Under the pieces are notes generated by a model that searched no databases, had not been told where the DNA came from, and worked only from the letters and a program-made list of their open reading frames with translations. A stretch of DNA of 63,961 nt, filler included, from Octopus bimaculoides (lineage: Eukaryota): NCBI RefSeq assembly GCF_001194135.2. It is 4 parts of 4 records of this genome, joined end to end, with 100 filler letters (N's around TTAATTAATTAA, not from the genome) between each part and the next. Parts side by side here need not be neighbours in the genome. Positions count along the whole stretch, not along the records: positions 42,498 to 62,857 come from NC_068992.1; 3 more parts are not named here. The stretch is one strand, 5' to 3'. Position numbers and translations under genes: made by a program. Positions 45,893-58,768 of the stretch are shown piece by piece; positions within the stretch are counted from its first letter, which is position 1; each line of letters opens with the position of its first letter.

Positions 45893-46105
45893 TTCAAATT
45901 TTGGCACAAGGCCAGCAATTTCACGGGAGAGGGACAAGTCGATTACATCGACCCCAGTTCTCAACTGCTACTTTATTTTATCGACCGCGAAAGGATTGAG
46001 AGGCAAAGTCAGCCTGACAGCTTTTGAATTCAGAACGTAAAGACAGACGACATGACGCCAAGCATTTAGCCCGGCACGCTAATGATCCTGCCAGTTCGCT
46101 GCCCT
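45893..46105 (-). mobile_element. Meta/MESC-domain-type SINE
   Basis: Similar to 29561-29773. Confidence 0.8.
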
Positions 46106-46454
46106 TGTAGTTGTAAGTATATTTATATTCATAAAAATACTAAACGACCGCTTACCCATGTATAATGCAGGGTACACCACGTTGGGAACTACACGCGGTC
46201 TGGTCGTGAAAAGGAGGCTTTGCTGAGTAAAAAGCTTTTTTTCTCTTTTTCTGAAAATTGCATTTCCAAACTCAGGGTGCATCTTCCACGATCTCGCATC
46301 TACCACGCTACAAAATACGGCAGCATCATATGCGCTGATTCGGACTAAAAATTATGTTAAAGGTACACACACACATCTCTGGAATACCCAACCATTTAGA
46401 CGTTAATATGTTGTTGGTAGACACTTGAATCCTAGTAAAACTCTTTCCATTTTG

Positions 46455-46669
46455 TCTTTTACACATTTCAGTCAATTGACTGCAGCCATGCTGGAGCACC
46501 GCCTTTAGTCGAACAAATTGACCCCAGAACTTATTCTTTGTAAGCCCAGTACGTATTCTATTGGTCTCTTTAGCCGAACCGCTAACTTCAGGGACATAAA
46601 CACACCAGCATCGGTTGTCAAGCGATGGTGGGGGACAAACACAGACACAAAGACACATATGAATATATA

Positions 46670-46714
<45 letters not shown>

Positions 46715-46745
46715 GTGTGTGCATGTATGCATGTATGTATGTATG

Positions 46746-46804
<59 letters not shown>

Positions 46805-46955
46805 GATGGGTTTCTTCAGTTTCCGTCTACCAAATCCACTCACAAGGCTTTGGTCGGCCCGAGGCTATACTGGAAGACACTTCCCCAAGGTGCCTTGTAG
46901 TGGGACTGAACCCGGAAACATGTGGTTGGGAAGCAAGCTTTTTACCACACCTGCA
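46455..46955 (-). mobile_element. Abundant microsatellite-containing SINE
   Basis: Reverse-complement match to 21362-21750. Confidence 0.88.
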
Positions 46956-47061
46956 CATATGATTTGTTTTTAGGGATCAAGTGTTTATGCTCACTCCCAC
47001 CAATCACTACATTTCCAACAGGAAGGGAGAGTGAAAGAGAGAGAGAAAGAAACCACTACGC

Positions 47062-47136
47062 CATATGGCGTAATTGTTAAGAGCGCGGGCTACTAACTCC
47101 AAGATTCCGAGTTCAAATCCAGGCAGTGACCTGAAT
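47062..47136 (+). mobile_element. tRNA-like SINE head followed by (AAT)n
   Basis: CATATGGCGTAATTGTTAAGAGCGCGGGCTACTAACTCCAAGATTCCGAGTTCAAATCC: A/B boxes and CT-ACT-AA loop, poor stems. Confidence 0.7.
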
Positions 47137-47199
<63 letters not shown>

Positions 47200-47200
<1 letters not shown>

Positions 47201-48522
47201 GAGTATATCAGAAGATTTTCTATAAAGAAATAAGTGGAGGATGTACAGATGAAAAGTTGATACCAGATAACATTGAAAGTCAAAGGTTTTGGAGTGACAT
47301 CTGGAGTAAAGACAAGGAGCACAAGAAGGATGCTGAATGGTTGCAAGAACTGAAACAAACAGTAGTCTGTCCAAAACAGGCAGAATTAGTCATTTCAGTT
47401 AGGAAAGTGAAGGAAATCAGCAAAAAGATGAGCAACTGGAAGGCCCCGGGACCAGATGGAGTTCAGGACTACTGGATCAAAAGATTTGGTGAATGTCTGC
47501 ACGAATAGCTGCGCAACTCAACACCTTGTTAAATGCCGACCAAGCAATACCAGAGTGGTTGACATTGGGTAGGACAGTGCAGTACCTGAAAAACATCGAA
47601 AAAGGCAATACGGTAGACAATTACAGGCCGGTAGCCTGTTTGCCACTTATGTGGAAGTTATTGACTGAATATGAGCAGAGTCAGTGTATGAACATCTAGA
47701 AAAAATGGAGCCTTGCCACATGAGCAGAAGGGTTGCAAGCGTAAGTGCAGAGGGATCAAAGATCAACTCCTGAGAGATAGAATTGTACTCAGAAACTGCA
47801 AGAGGAGGAAAAGTAATTTAGCCATGTCATGGATCGAATATCGTAAGGCGTACGATATGATCCCATATTCTTGGATTATGGAGTGTATGAACCTGTTTGG
47901 GATTGCATCGAATGTTGAGCGAGTGCTTGGAAAAAGTATGGCGAATTGGAGGACGGACCTGACAGCATACGGAAGAAGTTTAGGGACAGTAGAAATTAGG
48001 ATGGGCATCTTCCAAGGGACCTGCCTGTCCCCACTGATCTTTGTACTGTGCTTGATACCACTGACATTGATTCTGAGGAAAGCAACATCTGGGTATGTAT
48101 TCAAAAACCGCCAGCAAAATGTCAACCATTTGTTATTTATGGATGACCTCAAACTTTATGGTAAAGGTGAAGCCCAAGTCAGTTCCCTCGTTAATACGGT
48201 GTATAGCTTCAGTGCTGATATCAGAATGGAGTTCGGACTGAGAAAGTGTGGTGTGTTAGTATTGAACAGAGACAAAATTAAATGTATGGACGGACTAATC
48301 ATACCGTTGGAGAAGGTTATGAAGCAGATAGAAGAGACGGGCTATAAGTACTTGGGTATTTTGGAAATGGATAAATTAATGAAGAAAGAAATGACAGAAA
48401 AAATTAAGGTGGAGTACTTACGCAGACTGAGACTGATCCTTAAGTCGAAATTAAACGGACGGAATGAGATCGAAGCTATCAACACCTGGGTGGGTTCACT
48501 CCTTAGATATGGAGCAGGGGTA
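47200..48522 (+). mobile_element. R4/Dong-type RT fragment (well preserved)
   Basis: [80 protein letters not shown]. Confidence 0.95.
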
Positions 48523-48556
48523 AACTACTACTACTACTACTATTATTATTATTATT

Positions 48557-48631
48557 ATTCAGATCAGTTCCTGGAATTGAACTCAGAATCTTGGAGTTAG
48601 TAGCCCGCGCTCCTAACCACTACGCCATATG
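48557..48631 (-). mobile_element. tRNA-like SINE head, inverted partner of 47062-47136
   Basis: Same 75-nt length and about 88% identity to the left copy; preceded on + by (TAC)n(TAT)n. Confidence 0.75.
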
Positions 48632-48812
48632 TCCGTTTCTTTATTTACATATTCCCTCCAGAGGAGTCATAGCAGTCCTATATTATCGATAAAAAAATGA
48701 AGTAGACTGACATATCATATTTCGAACCCGTTGAAGGTACGCAAGTGCGTCTTTGTGCTTGTATTTGTCTACTACCACCGCTTGATAACCGGTGTTGGTT
48801 TGTTTACGTCTT

Positions 48813-48869
<57 letters not shown>

Positions 48870-50382
48870 GCATACATATATTCGATGTATAGAAGAAATA
48901 CCTACTGTACCATCCAGTAAGACCGAACCCGGAACCAGAGAATCTCTGTCATACAGCCATATATACACTCATTATTTGATAGAAGTTGAATTTTGAATGA
49001 TAAATAACTTACCAGAATCTGAATAGAAGAGGAAACATAGTGCTTCACATTTGTGTGTGTATTTGTGAGCATGTGCGTATATGAGATGACAGGTAGATAT
49101 ACAGACGATTCAGAAATATTCAGACAGTTTGTAGGTATATGAACCTCAAGAAAAATAAGAGTTATAAGAGAAGATAGAGCGCTAGTGAAGTAGTTGGCAG
49201 GTTTCAAAGATGTTACCCTTCTGATGAAAAAAGGAACAAAACACAGTGGATGTTAACATTGCCGATGAGAGGAAATGCAGGCTCGGAAACTTCTAAGGAT
49301 TTAACAGAAAATGATTGTGCATAATGATTCCTCTCGTATGCCCAATGTGGTAAAAGCATCGGATAAATGTGCTGTCGAATATCTAGTTACATTCGTTTAT
49401 CGTCTGGTTCCTTCAAATACACATCGAAGCCAGTCAACATGGCGTTTCATTATTTCAATTCGAGGCATGGGTTGGAAAGAGAGTTGTACGTTAAGTAAAA
49501 TAAATACCAGTCAAATATTGAACTCGATTCAACTGATTATATCCAAACCTCTTTAGAAATTTATAGATTTCTGCTATTACGAAAGTTTGAAATCAATATT
49601 ACATAAACATTTATTGATTAAAAAAAAAATTTTAAAAAAATCTACGTAAAGATAAACTGAAACTAAACGTAAAAAACAAACAGAGATTTTATGTTTGTTG
49701 TGTAGTGACCTCTAGGGAGAAAGACCCTAGATTTAATCTGAAGATTAGCTATCTCATTTGTAACTAGTTTGAACTGCTCACAACATGGAAGTAATACAAA
49801 GAGAAATCAGCAATTTTCTGTTTTCAAAACGGTTCTTTTTTATCATTTATTAATTGTTATTATTATTTTTATTATTTTTATTATTGTATTATCTGATTTT
49901 TAAACACAGGAGAATATTGCCAGACAAGCATTGAAAAACACACGCACACACACACACACACACGCACATGCACACACACACTCACACATGAGTACATGTG
50001 GAAACATATATACTGACAAATGCATATATGAACGCAAATATATAATGAGTGCCATATGTGTGTATATTCGTATGCATGTGTGTGTGTGTGGTGTGGGTGT
50101 GTGCATCTGTGTGTGCATGTCTATTTATGTGCGTGTGTAAAATGACTGGCATATATACATATATATTTTGTATTTAAACACATACATGTATGTGTATATA
50201 TATATGTGTGTGTGTGTATGTGTACGTGTGTGTGTATGTATATATACACGTATGTATATACATGTATGTATACGTATTTGTATAAATATATATCATGACT
50301 GTTATATATACATTTATATATATATATATATGTGTGTGTGTGTATGTATTATGTACGTATGTATATGTATATTTGTATGTGC

Positions 50383-50435
<53 letters not shown>

Positions 50436-50677
50436 TGTGTTTGTATGTATGCATGTATGTACGTATAAATGCACATACATGTAAATGTATATATATATTT
50501 ATGCACTCATGTATATACCTGTATATGTACATATTTGTATACATATATATATACATGTGTGTATTGGTGCGTATGTGTGTGAAAGGGCGATCCCTAGTAC
50601 CTAGGCCAGTGTATGCAATGTTAAAAATCAACGCTGTGTTATTGAAGGAGGCTACATATAGCTACATATAGGAGGCT

Positions 50678-50738
<61 letters not shown>

Positions 50739-51428
50739 TCATCATGTATGTGCGTATAAACATATATATATATATGAACTATTCACTGTATTGGATTGAA
50801 CCAGTATAAAAATGACTACCACTAGGAAAATAAATTATTAACAATGCCTATGTGCAATTCAAGCCCTAAATTATTTCCATAATGGCACCTCAACTCTCGA
50901 TACCAAATCCAAGAAGAACAATGACAAACTGAAACAAGATATCCACCTCAGCAACGTTCACGGCTTATACTAGGGATAAAAATTGTAACGAAATTTAAGT
51001 GCTTCACTCAAAATGCAGCGTGCCCGACAACGGACTAGAATTTTTAAACCCCTACGATTTTCCTAAAATTTCCTTCAACCAATATTGAGTTCATGCGTTC
51101 TTTTTAGAAGTAATGTTTAAGGGGGGAGAGAATTCTTATAGAGTTTCTATAAGTCTTCTTTGCCGGGCTAAATTGGGGCTTGTCTTAGTCGCCAATGATT
51201 TGACGATGCAATAATATTTACTGAATTGCTAGTTACCATTAGCGATTACAGAACGAAATGACATTTATGTATGTATAAATATACATATATAAGTGCGTGT
51301 ATGTGTATTATATAATCATGCATGTATGTACGTACGCAGACACACATATATATGTATATAAGTATATGCATATGTGCATACATATGTGTGCGTGTATATA
51401 TGTATATATATATGTATGTATATATATG

Positions 51429-51470
<42 letters not shown>

Positions 51471-51989
51471 GATATACATATTTATGTGAATTATATGTGT
51501 GCGTGTGTGCGTGTGTGTGTGCATATATATATATATATACATGAATATAACTATATGTATGTACTTATACAGACACGCTCATATATACGTATATATATAT
51601 ACATATATATATATATAAATATATATATATATATNNNNNNNNNNNNNNNNNATATATAAATGTACGTGTACATACGTATACACAGATATATTTATGTATA
51701 TATGTATGTATGCATGTGTGTACGTACGTATATATGTATTATCTATGTATGAGCGTGCGTATGTATGTATATATGTATGCATGTATGTATGTATGTATGT
51801 ATGTATGTATGTATGTATGTATGTATGTATGTATGTATGCACAATAAATTGTACAGCCTAGACAGAGAGCCATTAATTCATCGAAACTGTACCAACTAAG
51901 TATTAGTAAATAATACCTCTTGACAATATAAACATATGTACATTATAAACAGTCGCACATTTTATCATATATTTTTGACTTATAACGAT

Positions 51990-52681
51990 ATAACGACGAC
52001 GACGTCGATGATGATGATGATGGTGATGATGACAACGATGGCGATGATGACGGTGATGATGGTGATGAAGACGGTGATGACGATGACGGTGGTGTTGGTG
52101 GTGGTGGTGATGGTGGTGGCGGCGGCGGTGGCGGTGGTGGTGGTGGTNNNNNNNNNNNNNNNNNNNNNNNNNNNNNNNNNNNNNNNNNNNNNNNNNNNNN
52201 NNNNNNNNNNNNNNNNNNNNNNNNNNNNNNNNNNNNNNNNNNNNNNNNNNNNNNNNNNNNNNNNNNNNNNNNNNNNNNNNNNNNNNNNNNNNNNNNNNNN
52301 NNNNNNNNNNNNNNNNNNNNNNNNNNNNNNNNNNNNNNNNNNNNNNNNNNNNNNNNNNNNNNNNNNNNNNNNNNNNNNNNNNNNNNNNNNNNNNNNNNNN
52401 NNNNNNNNNNNNNNNNNNNNNNNNNNNNNNNNNNNNNNNNNNNNNNNNNNNNNNNNNNNNNNNNNNNNNNNNNNNNNNNNNNNNNNNNNNNNNNNNNNNN
52501 NNNNNNNNNNNNNNNNNNNNNNNNNNNNNNNNNNNNNNNNNNNNNNNNNNNNNNNNNNNNNNNNNNNNNNNNNNNNNNNNNNNNNNNNNNNNNNNNNNNN
52601 NNNNNNGATGATGCCGAGAATGATTATATAGACTATAACGACAATAATAATAACAACAGCAATATTAATAATAATAATAAC

Positions 52682-52742
<61 letters not shown>

Positions 52743-52770
52743 GTGGTGGTGGTGGTGATGATGGTGGTGA
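51990..52770. repeat. Compound trinucleotide microsatellite (GAC/GAT/GGT/AAT) spanning a gap
   Basis: Directly visible. Confidence 0.9.
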
Positions 52771-52914
52771 GAGCGATGACGATGTTTCTATTTTGCACAA
52801 GAGTCAAAGTGACCTCCTGCATAGAGAAATATTCCTTATCATTCTTGATTTTATTTGCTAGAATTATTCCAGTTCTACAGTTGTGTGAGAAAAGGAATCA
52901 TTATTAATAAAGCA

Positions 52915-53859
52915 AGTATTATTAGCTGGTAGAATCATTAAAGCATCGGACAAACAATTGCTTGTTCGTACTTCTTCCAGTTCTTTACGCTCTGCGTTCA
53001 CTTTCCAACGTGATCAACTTTGTCTTTCTTCTCTCCGGGGTCGATAAAATTAAAGACCCATTCAAGTACTGGGGTTAATACAATTGACCTACCTCCTTCC
53101 CTCAAACTACTGGTGTCTTGCGCAAACGTTTTATTAAAGACTGCGGCCTGACAGGTTCGTTAGTGCGTCGAACAAAATAGCCACATTTCTTCCGTTCTAA
53201 GTTCAAATTCTGCTGAAGTCAACTTTGCCTTTCATCTTTTCGGGGTCGATAAAGTAAGCACCTCTTACGCACTAGGGCCGATGTAGTCGATTAGTCCCTC
53301 CCACTATATTTCAGGCCTTGTACCGATGGTAGAAAGGATTATTATTGTTGTTGTTGTTGTTGCTGTTGTTGTTGTAAATATCATTATAAAAGGCGGCGAG
53401 CTGGCAGAATCATTAGCACGCCGGGAAAAATGCCTAGCGGTATTTCGCCCATCATCCCGTTCTGAGTTCAAATTCCGCTGAGGTTAACTTTGCCTTTCAT
53501 CCTTTCGGGGTCGATAAAATAAGTACCAGTTGAACACAGGGGTCGATGTAATCGACTCATCCCCAACCTCTCCCAAGCTGCCCTTGTGGCAAAAATTTGA
53601 AATAATTATTGTTGTTGTTGTTATTACTGTTGTTGTAACTACTATCATTAAGGCGGTGAGCAGAGAGTCGTTAGCGCGCCAGACGAAATGCTTATCGGTA
53701 TTTCACCCGTCGCCCCGTTCTGAGTTCAAATTCCGCTGAGGTCGACTTTGCCCTTCATGCTTTCGGGGTCGATAAAGCAAGTACCAGCTGAACACAGGGG
53801 TTGATGGAATCGACTCATCCTCTCCCCAAAAATGGCTGCCCTTGTGGAAAATTTGAAAC

Positions 53860-53919
<60 letters not shown>

Positions 53920-54580
53920 CAAGGCGGCGAGGTGGCTGAATCGTTAGCACGCTACGTTCTGAGTTCAAATTCCACCGAGGTCGACTTTGCCTTTCATCCT
54001 TTCAGGGTCGATAAATTAAGTACCAGTAAAGCACTAGGGTCGATGTAATCGACATATTCCCTCCACAAAATGGCTGCCCTTGTGGCAAAATTTGAAACCA
54101 TTATTATCGTTGCTGTTGTTGTTATTGTTGCTATAACTATTATTATTAAGGTGGCGAGATAGCAGTATCGTTAGCGTGATGGACAAAATGCTTAGTGGCA
54201 TTTCGTCCGTCTTTGCGCTAAAGCGATCAGTTAAATGGAACTCACCTAAACCCCTAAGATATGTGACATTGTGCCTTAATATTAGTAAAGCCATGTTTAA
54301 GACAGCGAGCTGACAGAGACGTTAGCATACCGGACAAAATGCTTGCGTTCTGGGATCAAATTGCGAACGAGGTAAACTTTGCCTGTCATCCTTTCGGGGT
54401 ATCTGTCGAGCACAGGGGTCGTGTAATTGACAAGTTCCTTCCCCAAAAAAATTTTAGGCCTTGTATCAGTAGCAGAAAGGATTATTAGAACCATGTTTTG
54501 GCAACATCGGTAGACCGTCTAACAAAATGAATTGCGGTGTTTAGTCACGCCCCTTTACGTTCTGAGTTCAAATCTAACCT
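52915..54580 (+). mobile_element. Head-to-tail train of about 8 Meta/MESC-type SINE units separated by (ATT)n/(GTT)n
   Basis: Repeated GGCGGCGAGCTGGCAGAATCGTTAGC heads near 52922, 53139, 53391, 53650, 53921, 54147, 54300 and 54495; most carry the CCTTTCATCCTTTCGGGGTCGATAAA core. Confidence 0.85.
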
Positions 54581-54686
54581 AGTTATTTTCAGTTCTTTTT
54601 TCTAAACCGTTGAAAGTTAGATCTAACACAACACCCTGTTAAACACCACTAACTTGTCTTTAGTTGAGTTCAGTCTTGCTTCCTTT

Positions 54687-54733
54687 TCATTCTACTTCAC
54701 TTCTCATCAACGGTTTTCCTACCGACATTGAAT
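54687..54733 (-). CDS. Candidate terminal coding exon
   Basis: CATCTACAG acceptor; (D)SMSVGKPLMRSEVE*; phase matches 54810-54936 across a 76-nt intron. Confidence 0.35.
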
Positions 54734-54809
54734 CTGTAGATGCTTGGGTTGTGCATAAATCTCACCATTCTGGGAATGTAACTTGCATCGGTGACGGACA
54801 CTGTCTTAC

Positions 54810-54936
54810 CTCTCTGACATTTATTTCCTAATATTTCAATATTTTCCCGCTTTGTGTTGAGTACACATTCATGCTTACTGATACAAGGAGTTACTCTAGG
54901 CCCACTCGTCGTGTCATACCGTCTGACATTGGAAGC
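54810..54936 (-). CDS. Candidate coding exon
   Basis: CCATAG acceptor; ASNVRRYDTTSGPRVTPCISKHECVLNTKRENIEILGNKCQR; strong GAG|GTAAGA donor. Confidence 0.4.
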
Positions 54937-55111
54937 CTATGGCCGTTAATCGTGTCTTAAAGGCTCCGTTTTCTGCTTGTAGTAGAGGCAGAGTTTGATC
55001 TCAGAACATCCACAGTCAGAACCGATATATAATGCATCTTGTCTGTCTTTCTGACAATTCTATTAATCCACTCTCAAGCCAAACTGATGCTTTATTATCG
55101 ACACCCTAAAG

Positions 55112-55541
55112 CAGTGATCCTTAACCTCACTTTTTTTGTAGTGCCCCCCACCCCACCCTTTTAAGCATTGTTATGGTTAAATCCACCTAAATGACGAGTG
55201 AGGTATCACGACTAAACTAACTTGACATGGATGATAATTTATAAATTTTACTCTAAAAACGGATTCCATAAGCTTTTAAACAGTGAAATAATAAAAAATT
55301 AAGTAAGACAAAAGTTGTAAATTCACTTTATTCGCTGCAAGTTAATGATATCCCTGTGCCTGATGAGATCTCATTTTACTTTAATAAGCATTACTAGTTT
55401 TATCATGTATAATATAATTACTATTATAGGTAAATTTTAGTATGTTAATTACTTTACCCCACGATCCCCTAGAACCTAAGGCCCCCTTCAACCTGCCCAG
55501 TACCCCCTTGAGGGTGGTACTGCCCACGTTGAGGACCTCTG
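55112..55541. mobile_element. hAT MITE inserted into a Meta-type SINE
   Basis: TIRs CAGTGATCCTTAAC / GTTGAGGACCTCTG; TSD CCCTAAAG / TCCTAAAG; the flanks rejoin to a SINE core. Confidence 0.85.
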
Positions 55542-56480
55542 TCCTAAAGAGATGAAAGGCAAAGTTGAACTCAGAGGGCAGAGTGACGGAACAACTCATG
55601 TAAAGCTGTCTGTTCAACGCTTTAAGGATCCTGCCCGTCTTGAGCTTTGCAGACTGAAATAGTTGGGTCAAAGAGACAGTTTCACTCGTAGCCGCTCGGT
55701 CTATTAAAAACAGCAACCAAATCCCACTCTTTAAAATAACACATTGGAAATGATAGTCTCAGATACATTGTGTGACAATGACACTGGATGCTTGTTACTG
55801 TAAAAGGTCATAAATCCGGTTCGCATAGTTAGTTGGTTTCATGTCACCCCCTCACTTGACTCACTTCTCCCGATCACCAACTAATGAACCTCTAACGTGG
55901 ATGCTCAGTCTGTTAGAAAAAGTGTCCAAATTCCATTCAAACCACTCGTCACCATCTTTAAAAAAGAATCACACTTTAGACGTTGTGAACGTGGATACAT
56001 TGTCCAAAAATAGCAAAAGATCATCATGGCTATAACACATTTATCATAGGTTTGTTTCCTCTAAGTGGACTGGTTCCGCACCACCTCCTCGTTATCTCTC
56101 CTTTTCTCGTCAATTATATTGTGCCCACTTTACTCGCTGGTTCCTACCAATGACTACACTTAGTTCTTCCCACGCCGCCACACTGGGATTTCCAGAAGGT
56201 CAACAAAGTGATCAATATTCACCCTTGCGGGTCGTCTATGTGGCTATCCAAAGGATCTATAATACCTGAAACGATTCTGAGCGATATTGGTGCTGAATTA
56301 TTGTCCGAACGAAATGCAGTCTGGAGATTCAAAATATCTTATCAGATATAACATGATTGGAATACATCTGGTTAATATTTAATTCCAACTGGCCGATTGG
56401 CGAGTCTGTTAAGGACAAGTGCCTGAAGACATCAGAATAGAAATGCTCAATACTGTAATGTATTTATTGCCAATTTACAG

Positions 56481-56962
56481 CAGAGTGGTTTCACTTATCT
56501 GATAATTTTTGAACATACACTTTGGATTATTTTTTTAAAATTTAGCGCCAATAAAGGCATCCCCCGACAGTAAGAAGTGTCGATAGTATTCGCAAGAACA
56601 TTTAAAATTCGGAATTATGTCATCATTTACCAATAAACAATGCTTATGTGCCTGTTATGTAAAAAAAAAAACTGTTAGTACTAATGCCATGAAAGCTGCA
56701 AAGATAAAAGACCATCTAGAAAGGGTTCACTCTGATAATAAAAAAAACTCATCGTTAAGTATTTTCATTTTTTTTTTTTCAATATTTCTTACTAAAATGT
56801 GGTAAAAACAGAAAAGAATGAAGGAATTATCTTTTTTAAATCAAGAAATTGTATATTAATTATAATTACTTATTATATTTTAGGAATGTATACAATGGGG
56901 GACGATAAGCTATCGACGATTCCATGAAAGGGTCGATGATATAAGAAGTGTGCCGACCCCTG
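56481..56962 (+). mobile_element. Internally deleted hAT Buster-type element (BED-finger remnant)
   Basis: KKCR*YSQEHLKFGIM...QCLC...STNAMKAAKIKDHLERVH; 3' TIR GCCGACCCCTG; imperfect nTnTAnAn-type TSDs. Confidence 0.65.
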
Positions 56963-57589
56963 CTCTACACTAAACTAATTTTTAAATTAATGAGTTCGCT
57001 TAATCAGAACCAATCTAGAACTTTAAAACAACATCAATAAATGAAGCAATTAATGAAAAAGACTGAAATTAAAAATGGTAGCTTTATAAGAAACCATTGC
57101 GAGTGAAAGGTGTCAACTATCTCAGATTAATATCAAAACAAGAAATTTTAAAATAGTCTGTCTTAATCTTTGAGAAATCAACTTGGAACTGTTTAGTCAA
57201 AGAGTTGCTCCAGCAAGGCAATAGCAGTTGTCACTCAATCTAAAAACAAAATTAATCGTTTGGGCACAGGTCATTCTGGATCGAGGAGAGCTATGATTAA
57301 AGGCGTTCTTGGCGTAACCATCAAGTCTTTTGGGGGAATGAAGAGGACGTATCTACGACTTCATTAACCAATATGTCCTATTTGTATGAAATTTGAGCGA
57401 GATTTCGCTGTTATTTCTTTCAGATCCACTAGCCAGAATGAGGTTACCTTTTTCTTTACTTAAATATCTTTACTAAGATTAAGTTATTCAATGTGTCCTT
57501 CCATCTGAATGAAATCCGAGGGACATTCCGCTCTATTCCTTGCTGGTCAGCAACCGCGACAACGCTACCTCATTTCCTACTCACAAACA

Positions 57590-58768
57590 CAAGTTTGAGT
57601 TGAAAGACTTTTTTTGTTTTTCAAGCTTTAATAAATAGCTCAAACGAATTGCATACGAGAAGAATTTACTCATCAAAATATATCCTATCATATTTTATTG
57701 TCCGTTGACATTTTTGTGCCAGAAACTCAATTCCGTCCTTATACCATTTGGCTGGCTTAGAAGCAGAATCTGCATTCCTTTTCAACTCCATTGTTGAACC
57801 TCCGTCAGTGCAGAAAATGATCCATGGCTCGGAAAATCTGGTATTCTAATGGTGCGATGTCTGTACCGTAGGCAGAGTTAGGCAGCACTTCCATCTCTCA
57901 AGTTCCTCAAGTTTGTACTTGGCCACATTGACAGTGTGCGCTGGGTCACTATCATACTGTATGAGTGTACGTCTTCGATTGAGCAATGCCGAGTAGCGGA
58001 CTTTCAAAGCTTCATATATTAGCTCCAGTTGTTGAACATAAAACATAGTGTTCACTTTGCAGCATGATATTGAGACGAGCTCAAAGTGCAACATCTCTTG
58101 AAATTCCACCAAACACACAACATAACCTTTTGTTCAAGCCGCTCTTTTTTATCCCCAGTTACAATTCGACACCGAAAACGAACATCTCGAGGATTTATCA
58201 GCGGTTACTTGCAAATGTTCAGGCGTCGTTGAGCCTGGTTATTGGTCAGTTCATGAGGAGCTTCTTGGCAGCGTCTGTTCAGAAGGCCGTATTTATGGAA
58301 GTGTCGAATGATGTTCTTTGTGAAGAACCAAGTTCTGCCAACAATGTACGAGTGCTTGTGTTCAACCATTTTAAGCAAGGCCACATCTTCCACAACAGAA
58401 GCCCTCCCTGATCTTGCCTTGTCTTTGAGGCTGGTGTCACCTTCCTTGAAACGTCTGAACCAGTTTTGTGCCATGCGTTTGCTGACAGTTCCCGGACCTT
58501 TTACATCATTTATTTCTTTTGCCGCTACCCTTGCCCTCGGTCCATTTTTTTTCCACATGTATCGTAAAATGGCTCTAATAGCAATTTTTCACTACTTATC
58601 ATCGAAGCAATAACGTAAACAATAGACAATTAATGCTTATGTTATATGTGAAAATAAAAGATAAACAATACAGCAGCGATTGAACAAGTTGTAGCAAATA
58701 ATCGATATAACATGGAGATACAAAACTAATCAGTGAAAATTGGAAAAAACCTTTGACTCAACCTGATA
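57590..58768 (-). mobile_element. Near-full-length decayed mariner transposon
   Basis: 5' TIR TATCAGGTTGAGTCAAAGG; MAQNWFRRFKEGDTSLKDKARSGR, EAPHELT, IVTGD, KVMLCVWWNF; degenerate 3' TIR. Confidence 0.9.

Noticed and set aside
47062-47136. Functional tRNA-Ser(ACT) gene
   Set aside because: A/B boxes are present but acceptor and anticodon stems pair poorly. It runs into (AAT)n and has a diverged twin, so it is a SINE head.
55359-55380. CUGAUGA-GAUCUC as a hammerhead core
   Set aside because: No GAAA or helix III downstream.
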